From positions 1-58,747 of the forward strand of contig QPMI01000019.1 in assembly GCA_004431415.1 (NCBI GenBank): DNA of 58,747 nt, given 5' to 3'. The DNA comes from Cyanophora paradoxa CCMP329. Its lineage: Eukaryota; Plantae; Glaucophyta. Within the stretch, counting starts at the first letter, position 1. Every line of letters starts with the position of its first letter. A program made the position numbers and the translations under genes. The notes beneath the pieces were generated by a model that searched no databases, had not been told where the DNA came from, and saw nothing but the letters and a program-made list of their open reading frames with translations. Shown piece by piece: positions 25,879-37,403 of the stretch.

Positions 25879-26274
25879 GCAGCGTTTGAAGGCGCCTCGG
25901 ACGCCGTCTGCGCCGATCGTCAGGGGCAGCTAAGCCTTGGACGCCGATCCGAGTCAAGGTGGTTCTAGGCTCGCTAGCAGCGGCGGACGCGCGGTGGCAG
26001 GTTTAGATGTTAATCGCATACCAGGGCTCGCGGCTGAGAGGTCCAGCACGACCTGTGCAGCGTGCTGTGGCGCATCGGATCGTGCGCCATTCGAGAGCAA
26101 CTGGGCCCGGCCGCCTCCGGTCGAGGCGGACACGCTGCCCGATGGCTCCATCATTGTGCTGAAAGCGCTCGCTGCTCGGCCGCGAAACGGCCGTGCGCAG
26201 TTTCGTATGCTGAACAGGCCGGGTTGCGCTGCAGCTGGGTAGAGAAGTGTCGTTAAGGGGTTCGAATCCGTTCG

Positions 26275-29200
26275 ATGCTCCGCGCGCTGCGGGCCCTTCA
26301 GGGCACCAGCGTTAGCAATGAAGCGCTGCTTGCCATCTGCAAGGTCGGCTTGCTCGCTGCTCACTGGCCGACGAACGCTGATCCAAAACGCATCCGCAGG
26401 TGCTTCCAGCTCATCTCAGCGACCTGGGCGAGCTGGTCAGTGAGCTCAGAAGAACTATCGAAGCTGGTAACGGAGGGGATGCCGCGCTCCTTGCGCGGGC
26501 GCTCGCAAGCACCTTGGACGCCGGCCTGGTGCGCATGCGCCGGCTGCAGCGCGTGTGCGTACGCGCGCTCAACTGATAGCCTCGCGCGCAGCTGCCGGAT
26601 GAGGAAACAGCAGCAGCGATCGCGACGCTAGCGCTTGCCGGGGACGACTGGGCCGGGGGCGAGACGTCCGCAGTCGGTGCCGCCTCGCGCTGCGCCGGCG
26701 CTGCCTCTTCCCCCTCGTAGCTAACCGCTCGCAGCTCTGTCGCTCCTCGCAGCTCTTAGCCGGGCGAGCGCCGGGGGGCGGCTGCCGGGGCTCCTCGCGG
26801 CGCGGCTCCGGGCGGAGCTGCTCGAGGCCGGCGGCTCCGGCGGCGTCGTCCGCGCCGTCTGCGCCCTCGCTCCCTCCCTCCAGGCGCGCCCCGCCCCGCC
26901 CCGCCCCGCCCGCTCCGCCCCGCCCCGCCCGCGCCCTCACCCGCCGCCCCCGCAGGCGGCCGAGTTCCGTGTGGCGCTGCTCGAGAGCGGCCTCGCCGCC
27001 GCGGAGCCGGGGCGCTCTCCGCAGCAGCGGCGCGCCGCCTGGCGCCGCGTGCTTCCCGCCGCCCTCCAGGGGGACGGCCCCGCCTCCTGCCCGCCGGCTG
27101 GAGCGAGGTCCGCCCGCCCCGCCCGCCCCGCCCCGCCCCGCGAGCGTCGACCGCCGCGCGCGCAGCGGTTGTGGGCGGCGATCCGCGCGGCGGCGGGGGC
27201 GGGCCACGGGGCGGAGGCGGCGGAGGCGGCGTGCCGGTTCTTCGGGCCGCTGTGCGCCGCCTGCGCCTCCCTCCCTCCGACCCGCCCTCTGGGACCTCGT
27301 CCGCGTGCGCCCTCCCCGCGACGCCGCGCCGGCGTCCCGGCAACAGACGGCAGGGCGCGCTGGGCCCCGGGTCGGAGGCGGGGGCGCGGAAGCGGGCGGC
27401 GCACGTGGCGCGGGAGGCGGTGGGGCGGGTGGCGGCGGGGGCCCTCGAGGCGGCGTCGGGGCGGCGTGGTCCCCCGCGCAGTGGGGCCGCTACCTCGCGG
27501 CGCACGCCGTCCTCGACGAGTACGTCCTCCACCTCGTCGCCGTGCCCCCGCCCCCGCCCCCCGCCCCCCGCCCTCCCGGCCCCTCCGACGCGCCGGGGCG
27601 CAGCCCGTGTGGCGCGAGGTGCCCCGCTGCTGGCGGCGGGCCCCGGGGCGGCGGGGGCGCTGGCGTGGCTGGCGCCGCTGGCGGGGCGGGCGCTGCTGCA
27701 CCCCAACGCCCCGTGCGGCGCCTCGCCCTCGCGGCGCTCTTTGGGTGGCGGGCCCCGCGGGGGCTACGCGTGCCGGCCCTACCGGGCGCTCCTCCTGGGG
27801 CCAGCCCTCGCGGCGCTAGACGACCGCGCACTCTGGCCCGACCACGCCCTCGGCCCGCCCCCCTCGCCCCACCCCACCGCCTCGCGACGGCTGAAGGGCC
27901 GGCAGGGGAGGCCCCCGACGTCGCGGCGGAGGCGGCACCGGGCCCGCCGGCGTCGGCGGCGGCCCCGGAGCAGCGCGCCCGCCGGCCGGCGCCCCGGGCC
28001 GACGAGGAGGACGGGGACGAGGAGGAGGCGGCAGCCGGTCCCGCACAGGCGCAGGCGGCGCCGGGGGCGCGGGGCCCGCCCCTGCGGCCGGCCCTCGCCG
28101 CCTTCCTGCGGGCGCTGTGCGGGGGCCCGGGGCGGCCGCCCCCGCCCGCCTCGTCGCCGACCTCCTTGGCGCTGCCGCCGTCCGCGCCCCTGCACCCCGC
28201 CCGCTTCCCCCTGCACGACCCGACGCGGGCGCAGGAGCGGGTGCAGGACGTGCACGCGCTGCTCGGGCTCCTCCTGTGCGCCCGCCCCGCCCGCCCCCGG
28301 CCTCCCGCCTCGCCTCGAGCCGGGGCCCCGCAGGGCCCTGCGGGACGCGCTGCCCGAGGGAGCCGCCCCGCCGGGCGCGGAGGACGCGGCGGCCGCCCTC
28401 GAGGCGCTCCGCCGCGTGGCCGCCGCGCAGCGCCTCCGCACCTCCCGCCTCCTCCCCGCCGCCGCCCGCGCCGCCCTCGCCCTCGCCGCCCGCGCCGCCC
28501 CCGCGGCGCTCGCCCCGGCCCCGCCGCCTTCTTTGCCGCTGAGCTCCCCCGGTGGGGGCCATCCCGCGGGCCGCCCTTCTCGCCTGGCTGGGGCCCGAGG
28601 GCTCCGACGCCCTCGCCGCCCGCGCCGGCGAGGCGGCCGCCGCGTGCCTCGGGGCCGGCGGGGCCGGCGAGGCGGAGCTCGATGCGGCGGCGCGCCTCTG
28701 CGCGCTCCTCGACGACCCCGCGCGCCTCGCCGCCGCCCTCGCCCCCGCCTGCGCCGCCCTCGTCGACCCGTCGGCCGCCCTCGATGCCGCCCGCCTCCTC
28801 GCCGCCGCCGCCGCCGCCGCCGCGGAGGACCCCGCACCCCTGCGCGCCGCCCTGCGCCCCGCCATCCCGCCCTCCTCGCCGCCCTCGCCGCCGCCGCCGC
28901 CCGCGCGGCGCCGCTGCCCGCGGAGGCGGCGCTCCTGCGGGCGGCCCTCGCCCTCTTCCCCGACGAGTGCGGCCCCGCCGCCGCCGCCTCCGTCGCCGCC
29001 TGGCTCGGCCCGGGGCCCGCGGGGCCCTCGAGCCGCCGGCGGCGGCCGCGCTGCTGGAGGCGGCGGGGGAGGCCCTCGAGCGCGCCGGCTGCGCCCCCGC
29101 CGACCTCGAGCCGGCCGCCGCCTTCGGGCCCTCTGCGGGGCGGCCGAGGCGGCGCGCGGCGAGGCCGCCCTCGCCGCCTTCTGGCGCGCCTGCGCCGCCC

Positions 29201-31972
29201 TCCTCCGCGCCCGCCCCGCCGCGGCAGCCCTCGTGCGGCCCCGCGCCCTCGCCGCCGTCGCGGGGCCACCGCGCGGCTCCTGCCGCCCGTGCTCGAGTGC
29301 GCGCGGCTCTCGCGGGACCCGGCGGCCCTGGACCCGAAGGAGGAGGCGGCGCTGCTGGAGGAGGCGTGGGGCGCCCTCGCCGACTGCCGCCGCAAGGGCC
29401 CCGCCCTCGTCGCCGCGCTGCTGCGCGCCTGCCTCGACCCCGTGCTCCTCGCGCACCCCGACGAGGCCCTCCGCGCCGCCGTCGCCGCCCTCCTTGCCGC
29501 CTCCTCGACCTCGGCGTCGTGCGCCCGCCCGCCCGCCCGCCGGTGCCGCAGCGAGGCGCCGCGCAGGGGGCGCCGCTGGTGGCGGGGCTCCTGGCCGAGC
29601 ACCTGTGCGGGGCGTGGGCGGCCGCCCCGCCCCTCGCCCTCGCCCACCTCGACCAGGCCCGCCCTGGCCCGGAGCCTCTGGCGCGAGCTCACGGCGCGGC
29701 GCAGGTCGTGGCGCTCGCGCTGTACTGCCCACGGACCCGAGCGCGGAGGCGCCCGCGCTGCGGGAGGCGCGGGGCGAGGCGGAGGGCGACGCGCGCGCGC
29801 GCCTCAACGCGATGCTCGCCGCCGCGCTCCCGCCGGGGGCCCCGCGGGGGCCTGGGAGGCCCCGTGGGCGCTGGTTGCCGACCTGGCGGAGCGGCTGCTG
29901 GAGCTGAACGAGTCGGGGGCCCAGGCCGCCCAGGAGGCCTCCGTCAACAGCCGCGCCAACCGCGAGAAGGCACCGCCCCGCCCCCTCCGCCCCGCCCGCC
30001 CGCCCTCGCCGCTGACGGCGCGCGGGTGGCAGGTGCACGCATGGCAGACCCTCTGCCTCCTCGCCGGCGTCGCGGCGGCCGCCGCCGAGGGCGCCGCGGA
30101 CGCGGGGCTGCGGGAGGCGGCGCGGGGGTGGGTGGCGGGGGCGGCGCGCCGCGGGTGGGCGGCGCTGCGGCGGAGGAACCACGGGAACGTGCGGCACTAC
30201 GAGCAGCTCTTCCTCGCCCGCCTCCTCGCCGCCCTCGCCGCGTGGGCCCCCGCCGCCGCCCTCGCCGACGCCTCGGCCGCGCTGCGGGAGTACAACTGCG
30301 AGTACCCCGTCGCCGTCTCGACCCTCGCCGTCGCCTGCCAGCTCGTCGGGCACCTGCTGCGCCCCGCCCCGCCCCGCGCCTCCCCCGCCGCCGCCGCCGC
30401 CCGCGCCCTCTTCGCCGAGATCGTCCCCTGGAGGCGCGCAGGGCCCCGCCCCCCGCCCGCCGCCCCTTGAAGCTTGGGACCGCCCCTGACGGCCGCACCC
30501 CGGACAGCCTCTTCTTCCACCACGCCGTGCGCATCTGCGCGCAGAACCTCCTCTTCGAGGCGAGCGCCCCCCGCGGCCCCTCCACAGCTGCAGAGGCGCC
30601 TGAGCGGGCGCCAGGTCCTCTCCTCGCCGGGGGCGCGGGAGGCTCTCGGGGTGGGCGAGGGCGGGGCCGGGGCGGAGGCCGGGGCCGGGGTCGGGGAGGC
30701 GGCGCTGGGGGCGGCGCTCCGCTTCCTCCGCGACAGCAGAGACGCCGCCCGCCTCCGCGAGGCCCGCCCCGCGCCCCTGCCCCTGCCCCGCCCCCTCACC
30801 CGCCCCGCAGCGCTCCGCCACGGGCGCCGCCGCCGGCCTCGACCCCGTCGCCGAGTGCTCCTACGAGCGCCTCTTTGGGCCCGCCCCGTGCGCCCCCGCT
30901 TCTCTGCCCCGCGCGGCGCTCGGATCCGATCGGCCGGCAGGGGGCGCCTGAAGGAGGGGATCTACGAGGCGGCGCAGCGCGCCGTGCGACGCATGCAGGC
31001 CGGCTACGGCGCCCCCACCGAGGGCGCGGCGGGGCGCGGGGCGGCGAGGGCGCGGCGGGGGCGGCGGGCGGGACTACCAGCGCCGCGTGGAGGCGCCGGG
31101 CGAGGCCGGCGAGGAGGAGGACGAGGATGGCTCCGGGGACGAGGCGGGGGCGCGGGGCCGCGGGGGAGGGGCCACGGGGAGGGCCGCCTCGCCCGCATCG
31201 CCGCCCGCCGCGCCCGTGCGCCCCGCCCCGCCCCGCCCGCGGCGCCCCGGCCCACTCCGCCACGGACGACGGGGCGGGCGGGGGGCGCAGGCACGAGGTG
31301 ATCGTGGTGGGGAGCCTCATGACGAACGTCCCCAACCTCGCCGGCCTCGTCCGCCCCGCCCCCGCCCCGCCCCGCCCCCCCGGCCCCCTCCCGACCCCGC
31401 CGGCGGCGGGCAGGTGCGGACGGCGGAGATCCTGGGCTGCCGCGCCGTGGCCCTCCCCAACAAGCGCCTCGAGGCCGACCCCGCCTTCCAGGCCGTGCCC
31501 GCACCCTCCTCCCCCCGCATTTGATCCCCGCCGAGCCCTCGCGCAGGTGAGCGTGACGGCGGAGCGGTGGGTGCCGACGCTGCACGTGCCCCCCGCCGCC
31601 CTGCCCCGCTTCCTCGAGGAGCGCCGCGCCGAGGGGTACGCCATCGTCGGGGTGGAGCAGACGGCGCGGAGCGAGCGGCTGCCGCGCTTCCGCTTCCCGG
31701 GGCGGGCGGTGGTGGTGCTGGGACAGGAGCAGGCCGGCATCCCCGCCGACCTCCTCGACGCCCTCGACCACACCGTCGAGATCCCCCAGGCGCCCCCCCC
31801 GCCCCCCACCCCCCCCCCCCCCCTCCGGCCCCCTTTCTGACCCCGGGGCGCCCAGTACGGGGTGATCCGGAGCCTGAACGCGCACGTCTCGGCCGCCGTC
31901 GTCCTCTACGAGCTCGCCCGCCAGGCCTCCGAGGGCGGCGCCCCCGCCCCGCGCCCCGCGCCCCAGCGCTAG
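26275..31972 (+). CDS. TARBP1: TARBP1/Trm3-like tRNA (guanosine-18 2'-O) methyltransferase: long helical N-terminal region plus SpoU (SPOUT) domain
   Basis: C-terminal VVGSLMTNVPNLAGL|RTAEILG..VSVTAERW..GVEQT..VLGQEQAGIP..VEIPQ|YGVIRSLNAHVSAA..YE. Upstream NREK|VHAWQTL and VRHYEQLF. The start is approximate. Confidence 0.85.
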
Positions 31973-32911
31973 CCAACCCCCGTCCCCCCCCCCTCCCGGG
32001 CCCCCCCCGGGCCCCCCATCCCCACCCACCCGTTGAGCGCTCTTCATCTCCGCATCACCGGACCGGATCATCGGTTCGGAATCGCGTATTCCATTTCTCC
32101 GAGGCTCTAGATCTGCGCCTCGACTCTGAGGCTTGCAGTTGAGAACGTGGTGTTCGATCGTCTTAAATTTGCAAGGCCCCGAGGGTCCTGGCCTGAATAA
32201 GCCTTGAAGCACGGGCGCAGTGCGCGCCCGCCCGCAGTGCACGCAGGACCGCGCTCCGAGGCTCCAGGGCTCAGCATCCGAGCTCGATCGCGAGGCTCCT
32301 AGTCGCGAGTATACGAACTTCATGATCATGGCCAAATTAGAACTTACGGTGTTGAGGGTCGGTGCGCCCTGTCTATAGGCCTGGACTCCAACTTAGCTAA
32401 GGGTCCGATCCGTAATTGCAAGCGCCCTCTGAGAGCAACTTAGCTCCCGAGTCCAGCTTAGCGCCCTCCAACTCGTGATCACAATTGCAAGTTGCAAAAA
32501 TGGCAAATCGATGACCGACTTAGTGCTTTAAATGCACCACTGACACGACGCGTCCGCACAAGGATCCCGGAGCACAGCGACAGCCGCTGAGCCCCGGGGC
32601 AGGGATCCCGGGTGAAGGGCAAAATTGAAGGTTGAAAACTTGAAAGCCTGAATTCGAAGCTACATGTACAGAATCTACACTGTCGTAAATGCCTGAGAGT
32701 CTCAGTCGTCTCACTGTATATCGATTTGGGGTCCCGAGTCCGCAGCCTGGCAGCGCGTGCACGTACGCGAGTGCAATTGGTTGATCATGAATGTCGCGAC
32801 TCGGCGATGCCGCGATCGATATCATGATGGAGGTACTACGCCAGCCGCGGCCGTCCGGTCTTAGAGTCTGAGCAATCGATACCTGCATCTGCAGCTGATG
32901 AAACTAGAGGG

Positions 32912-33193
32912 TGTCGCATCCGGCATTATAGCGGATGCTCGTTTGTGAGCCGCTAGGGCTCTAGATGATGTGCGCAGCCTTCGTGCTGCTAGATCGACGG
33001 CGCCTAGGCTAGTTAGAGCGCCGCGGTCGTTTGTATCGTGTGTCGGGGTACGCCGTAGTTGGACGGGTACACCCTCAGTCTACCATCACGGTGGCTAACA
33101 GCAGCAGCACTCGCCAAACCCCGCCCTGCCGAGCTTGCACTCCGCACGGGCTTCCCGCGCGCACGATTAGACACACTAATCTCGCACGCGACA
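32912..33193 (+). repeat. 5' LTR, 282 bp
   Basis: Begins TGTCGC and ends GCGACA (terminal inverted repeat). Repeated at 58480. Confidence 0.95.
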
Positions 33194-33218
33194 GGCGCCA
33201 TTCTGCCGGAATCGAACC
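33194..33218 (+). promoter_or_regulatory. Primer-binding site complementary to a tRNA 3' half
   Basis: GGCGCCATTCTGCCGGAATCGAACC immediately after the LTR. Its reverse complement GG-TTCGATT-CCGGCAGAATGGC-G-CC contains a T-loop and the CC end. Confidence 0.85.
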
Positions 33219-33669
33219 TTCAAGGGTCGCTGGACTTCCAGGCTCTGCCCGCGCCGCGCGCCTCGCCGCGCCGCCTCGCATAAGCTTAGAGAGATCTGGG
33301 ACGAGCTTTCCGGGCGACCGCCACTTGTGGCGTGCTACGCTGCACACTTCGGCCGCGTCGCCTCTGGGCGGGCTGATTGTGCTTCGGAAGTGACTCTAGT
33401 GTCCCTCGCGGGCTTCGGTGCATCCCCAGACCGAAGCGCACGCACGAGCTCTCGCGAGAGTCTCAATCATTGTCTGTGTCCCTTCGCCGGTTGCACGCTT
33501 CGCGTCGCAAACTGTGCCCCGGAGTCTGCCAGCGGCAGTTCTCTGAGTGTCCCTGAGTCGGTTCTCGCACGCCACGAGAAGACCGTGTCCCGGATCTGCA
33601 GTGCGCTGCAGATCAAATCTTGCGCCCTGGCATTCTGTTCTCGTGGCTATACGCTGCAAAGAGAGCAAT

Positions 33670-36600
33670 ATGTCGAACACTTCTGAACTGATCAGTTCTG
33701 AAGTCCGTAGCCAGCTGTCCGCACTTGCGCACGTTGAGCCTGCGAAGGCCGAACTTGCTGTGCAGCTCGCTGGCACCGCCGCTGCGGCGGAGGATGATCC
33801 CGCGCGGATCGCCTTCCTCCCCGCGAAGCCGCGCCTCGCCGACGGTGACCGGTTCCGGAAGGATGTCCGGAACTTCCAGTCGGCTCAGCCGACGAAGTAT
33901 CTCTTTGGCCCGGACACTGCCGGCGGCCAGGAGTATACTAAGTCTGAGGCGCTTGCCGGAGTGATCGTCGGGCGCATCCGCCCCGGCGCCCTCCGCGCCG
34001 AGATTGAGCGTAAGCGCGACCTCTATGAGGCCTCTATTGCTGGCCTGGAGCGTGACCGCGCCCTGCTTGCTCGTCTCGAACTTGTCCCGGCTGATCTGCG
34101 GACTGCCGAGGATGAGGCTGCAATCTTGGCGCTGCAGCAGAGCTGCGCGCGCGATCATGCCACTATCGTGGCCGTGCGTGACTCGTACTTGCGTGCCCCC
34201 GGGCTCCTCGCGACGATCACGGCATGGATTCATGAGACGCGCCCGCACGCGGCCCGCCGGGCTCTCACTGAGCCCTACACGGGCGAGGACCCGCGCTCAT
34301 GGCATGACTGGTTCATGCCCCTAGTACAGCACACGCTGCCCCAGGGCCAGCGCCTCGCCGTGTACTATGCGGAGTGTCTGCGCACTGCGCTCGAGGCCCG
34401 CTCGACGAGCGAGGACCCGGAATATCAGAACCTCGATGTTCGGATGGCCGGGTTCGCCCAGGCGAATGAGCGCACGCTGCGCGCGTTCCTCGCCGCGCTG
34501 CAGCAGCGCATCCTTGCACAGGACGGCGCCCTGTCGCCGCTCCAGCTCGACGAGATCTTCGTCGCAGCGTGCAAGACGCACGGCTGCCGCACCGTGCTGC
34601 CCCCCACGGCCACGGCCGCGCTCGAGGCGCCGGAGGCTAAGAAGCCCCGCGTGCGCAAGCTGGCGCCGGCAGCGGCCGCCGCCAGCGACGACGACGGCGA
34701 CGAGCCCATCGAGGCCGTTCCCGTCAAGTCCGTCAATGCGGCCCCGGGCACGAAGGCCCCGCAGGGTGCGCCCGTCGCGGGTCGCCGGCACCCCGACGAG
34801 GAGCGCCTGGGGTACCCGAGCACGACCACGTCCCCATGCCCCCTGTGCATGCACGTGGAGATGCCGGCCCTCGACCGCTGCCACTTTACGTGGAACTGCG
34901 TGTGGGGCACGGCCCCCTTCCCCAATATCCCCTACTCCGAGTGGGTGAAAGGGATTGCGGAGAAGCGCGCGCGGCGCCGCGATCGGCCGGCGCGCGAGGA
35001 GGATGCCGCCGATGAGCGCAGCGAGCCCGGCCCGACCCGCGGCGGGTTCTCGCACCGCGGCGGGCACCGCCAGGAGCCGTACGCCCGCGGCGGCTACCGC
35101 ACCGACCGCGGCGGCTTCGGCCGGGACCGCGGCGGCGGCTACAGCCGGGGCGGAGCCACCCGCGCCCCCGCCTCCGGTCCGAACCAGCGCCCGCTGGGGA
35201 AGGGCAAGGAGAAGAGCGCCCAGGACGACCGTGAGCCGGGCTGCTGGACCTGCGGGTCCCTGGACCACATCCGCCGGGACTGCCCGGACGCTGAGTCCCA
35301 GGGCCGCGGTGGACGCGGCCGGGGCTACGGCCAGGACATGAACCGCGGGCAGCGGCCCCGGTTCAACCATCAATGCTTTCACTTATCAGTTTTACTATCG
35401 CTCAGTTGTTGGTGGCTTTGGCGCCTATTTAGCTCATCATCGTACCTTGTCTTCGATTTTCAACTGTACTCCAATTTCTCACCCAGCTCGTACCATGCTT
35501 TCGACCCTCACTCCTTTGCAGACCAAGCCCCATTTCCTTCAAGCATATGATGTCTTTTATGGCCTTAAGACTGTTGGTGTCTCTGATGTGGTAGACCAAT
35601 TTTTCCCGATCGAGCTTTCTTATTATCAATCTGTTCTCCGTACTGCCCCTGAGTCCTCCAATGGTGCTGGCCCCTCTGGTGCTAAGCCACCCCGCTTCCT
35701 CATTCGCCTTGGCGCCCAAGCCTTCCTGGCTGAACTCAAAACGATGGCACTTAACCTTTCCAAGCCAGATTGTGTCTTTATGTCTTCGCTTCCTGTTGAG
35801 CGTGTAGAGCTGAATTCTGAGAACACCATCCCCTTCAATCCCTTCAAACTCGCTGGCTTGGATAAGTCCATTCCTTCTCCAGTTTTTCTGGCAGCTGCTT
35901 TTACTCAGCCTGTACTTGATATGGTCGCTAAGACCACTTTCACTGGCTCTGGCTCCCGCTATGATCTTCTTTGTCGCCCTGAGCTTGGTGATTTCCCTGC
36001 TGCTCATACCGATCGTGCTCATCTTAGTCTCATTTTGAAAGTGCCCTTGGCTTCTATGCTCTTCCAGAGCCTCGAGCGTCGTACTAGTTTCATCAAGCCT
36101 CGGCCTGCTCGGCCCCTTGCTATGCGTTCCCTCATGATTCTTGGCTCGGACAACTACATTCACAAATTTTATGTGCAGACTCTTCTTCCTGAGTACTCTT
36201 CTCTTGAGTATTATTCCTCTCTTGCTCACAATGGCAAGGCTCTCGATCCTTCTTCTTACTCTTTTGCCTCCACCTCTCCTTGCTACCAGATCCCTTGCCA
36301 GGAGCCTGACAAAAATTACAGCATTCTTGATGTTGATGAGCACACCTTCTTGTACCACTTCCATCAGGATCCCATGTTTTACTTTTTGCCTGCCTCTGTG
36401 CGCCCCCGCCTCGATGCTTTTTATGATGAGGCTCGCAAGCAGCTGGCCCTTGAGAAATCGTTTTCTGATTCATTTGAGGAAGGTCAGCATCTCGATGGCA
36501 CTGGCCGTAGCCCTAGTGCTAAGCGTTCTCGCCCCTCTGATCCCTCTACTCCTTCTGGTTCTAATGACACAATTGTGTAATTTTTTTCTGTACTTCTAAT

Positions 36601-37112
36601 CTTGAATGATCGTCTTCGGTTTCCCTCTCTCCCGTCTTCCCTAACACCCTGTCTGGCCTGTTAGGGAGCAGGTCAGTTCAGGAAGTTAGGGCTTTTTCTT
36701 TGCATGGGGACCCTACGGCCCGGGTAGGGACTTTGTGCAGCTTGTCTTTCGCAGGTTCTCGAGAGCATCTCTCATCACTACCCACGCTAGTGGGTCCCTG
36801 ACAGAGCCTTGCAAGCTCCATTAGGGGCCTCTGCGGTTCTGTCATACCCAGTCTTGCTGGCGTGGGCGTGTCTTTTACTTGCTCTCTCTCTCTCTCCGGT
36901 TCAACCAAGTTCGCGCCGAGAACGAGCCCCGCTCTGACTCGCCGAACCCGGCCGCCATGGCTGCATTCTTCCAGCACCTGCAGGTGCTGCAGCAGCAGGC
37001 CGCCCTGCACGAGAGCGCGCGTGGCGCCAGCTCCTCGTCTGCCGCAGTGCAGGCGGCAACCCGAACGCTGGCGCCCCTCCGGGCGGCCCGTCCATCCGGT
37101 CGCTCTCCGTGA
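33670..37112 (+). CDS. gag: Gag-like region, interrupted by the 1.5-kb insertion (segments 33670-35369 and 36908 onward)
   Basis: CWTCGSLDHIRRDC knuckle at 35242-35283 and RGG-rich flanks. The frame resumes as ..PRFNQVRAENE.. once the insert and one TSD copy are removed. Confidence 0.85.
35370..36580 (+). CDS. C-terminal part (about 400 codons) of an unknown ORF within the insert
   Basis: The frame of ORF 35447-36580 stays open back to the 5' junction (NAFTYQFYYRSVVGGFG..). First ATG at 35495. Strong T-ending codon use. No RT or endonuclease motif recognised. Confidence 0.65.
35370..36895 (+). mobile_element. 5'-truncated retroposed insert of unknown origin with (TC)n tail
   Basis: 12-bp TSD CCGGTTCAACCA at 35358-35369 and 36896-36907, an abrupt switch to T-rich composition, and a (TC)n run at 36882-36895. 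Confidence 0.85.
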
Positions 37113-37403
37113 TGCCTGTGGGCACGGATTCCGACTCGGACGAGGCTGCGGCCGTGGCAGCGGTCCGCCAGCCGTCCGACGCCCTCGCCATGGCCGCCAA
37201 GGCGCGCGACCAGGCCGCCTTCGATGCCGCTGCGGCGGACATCTCGGCTGGCGCCCTCGACGATGCCACTCGCGAGGCTGCGTTCGAGCGGGACCTCCGC
37301 TGCGCCAACCCGGCCAGCGAGGACGGCTCCGGGGAGTCCGAGCTTGGGGAGAGCGACGCCGAGCGGCTCGACACGGACTCCGAGTCCGCCCCGAGCTCCG
37401 ACC

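Noticed and set aside
403-31840. Very long ORFs such as 403-2199, 6749-10210, 26969-31840 and 27816-30821
   Set aside because: Arg/Pro/Gly/Ala shadow frames caused by extreme GC content. The real genes are spliced and switch frames.
35429-36364. 311-aa antisense ORF codon-aligned with the insert ORF (ambigrammatic, narnavirus-like?)
   Set aside because: Explained by avoidance of A-ending codons (TTA, CTA, TCA) on the sense strand. It is closed by stops at both ends and no RdRp motif is seen.
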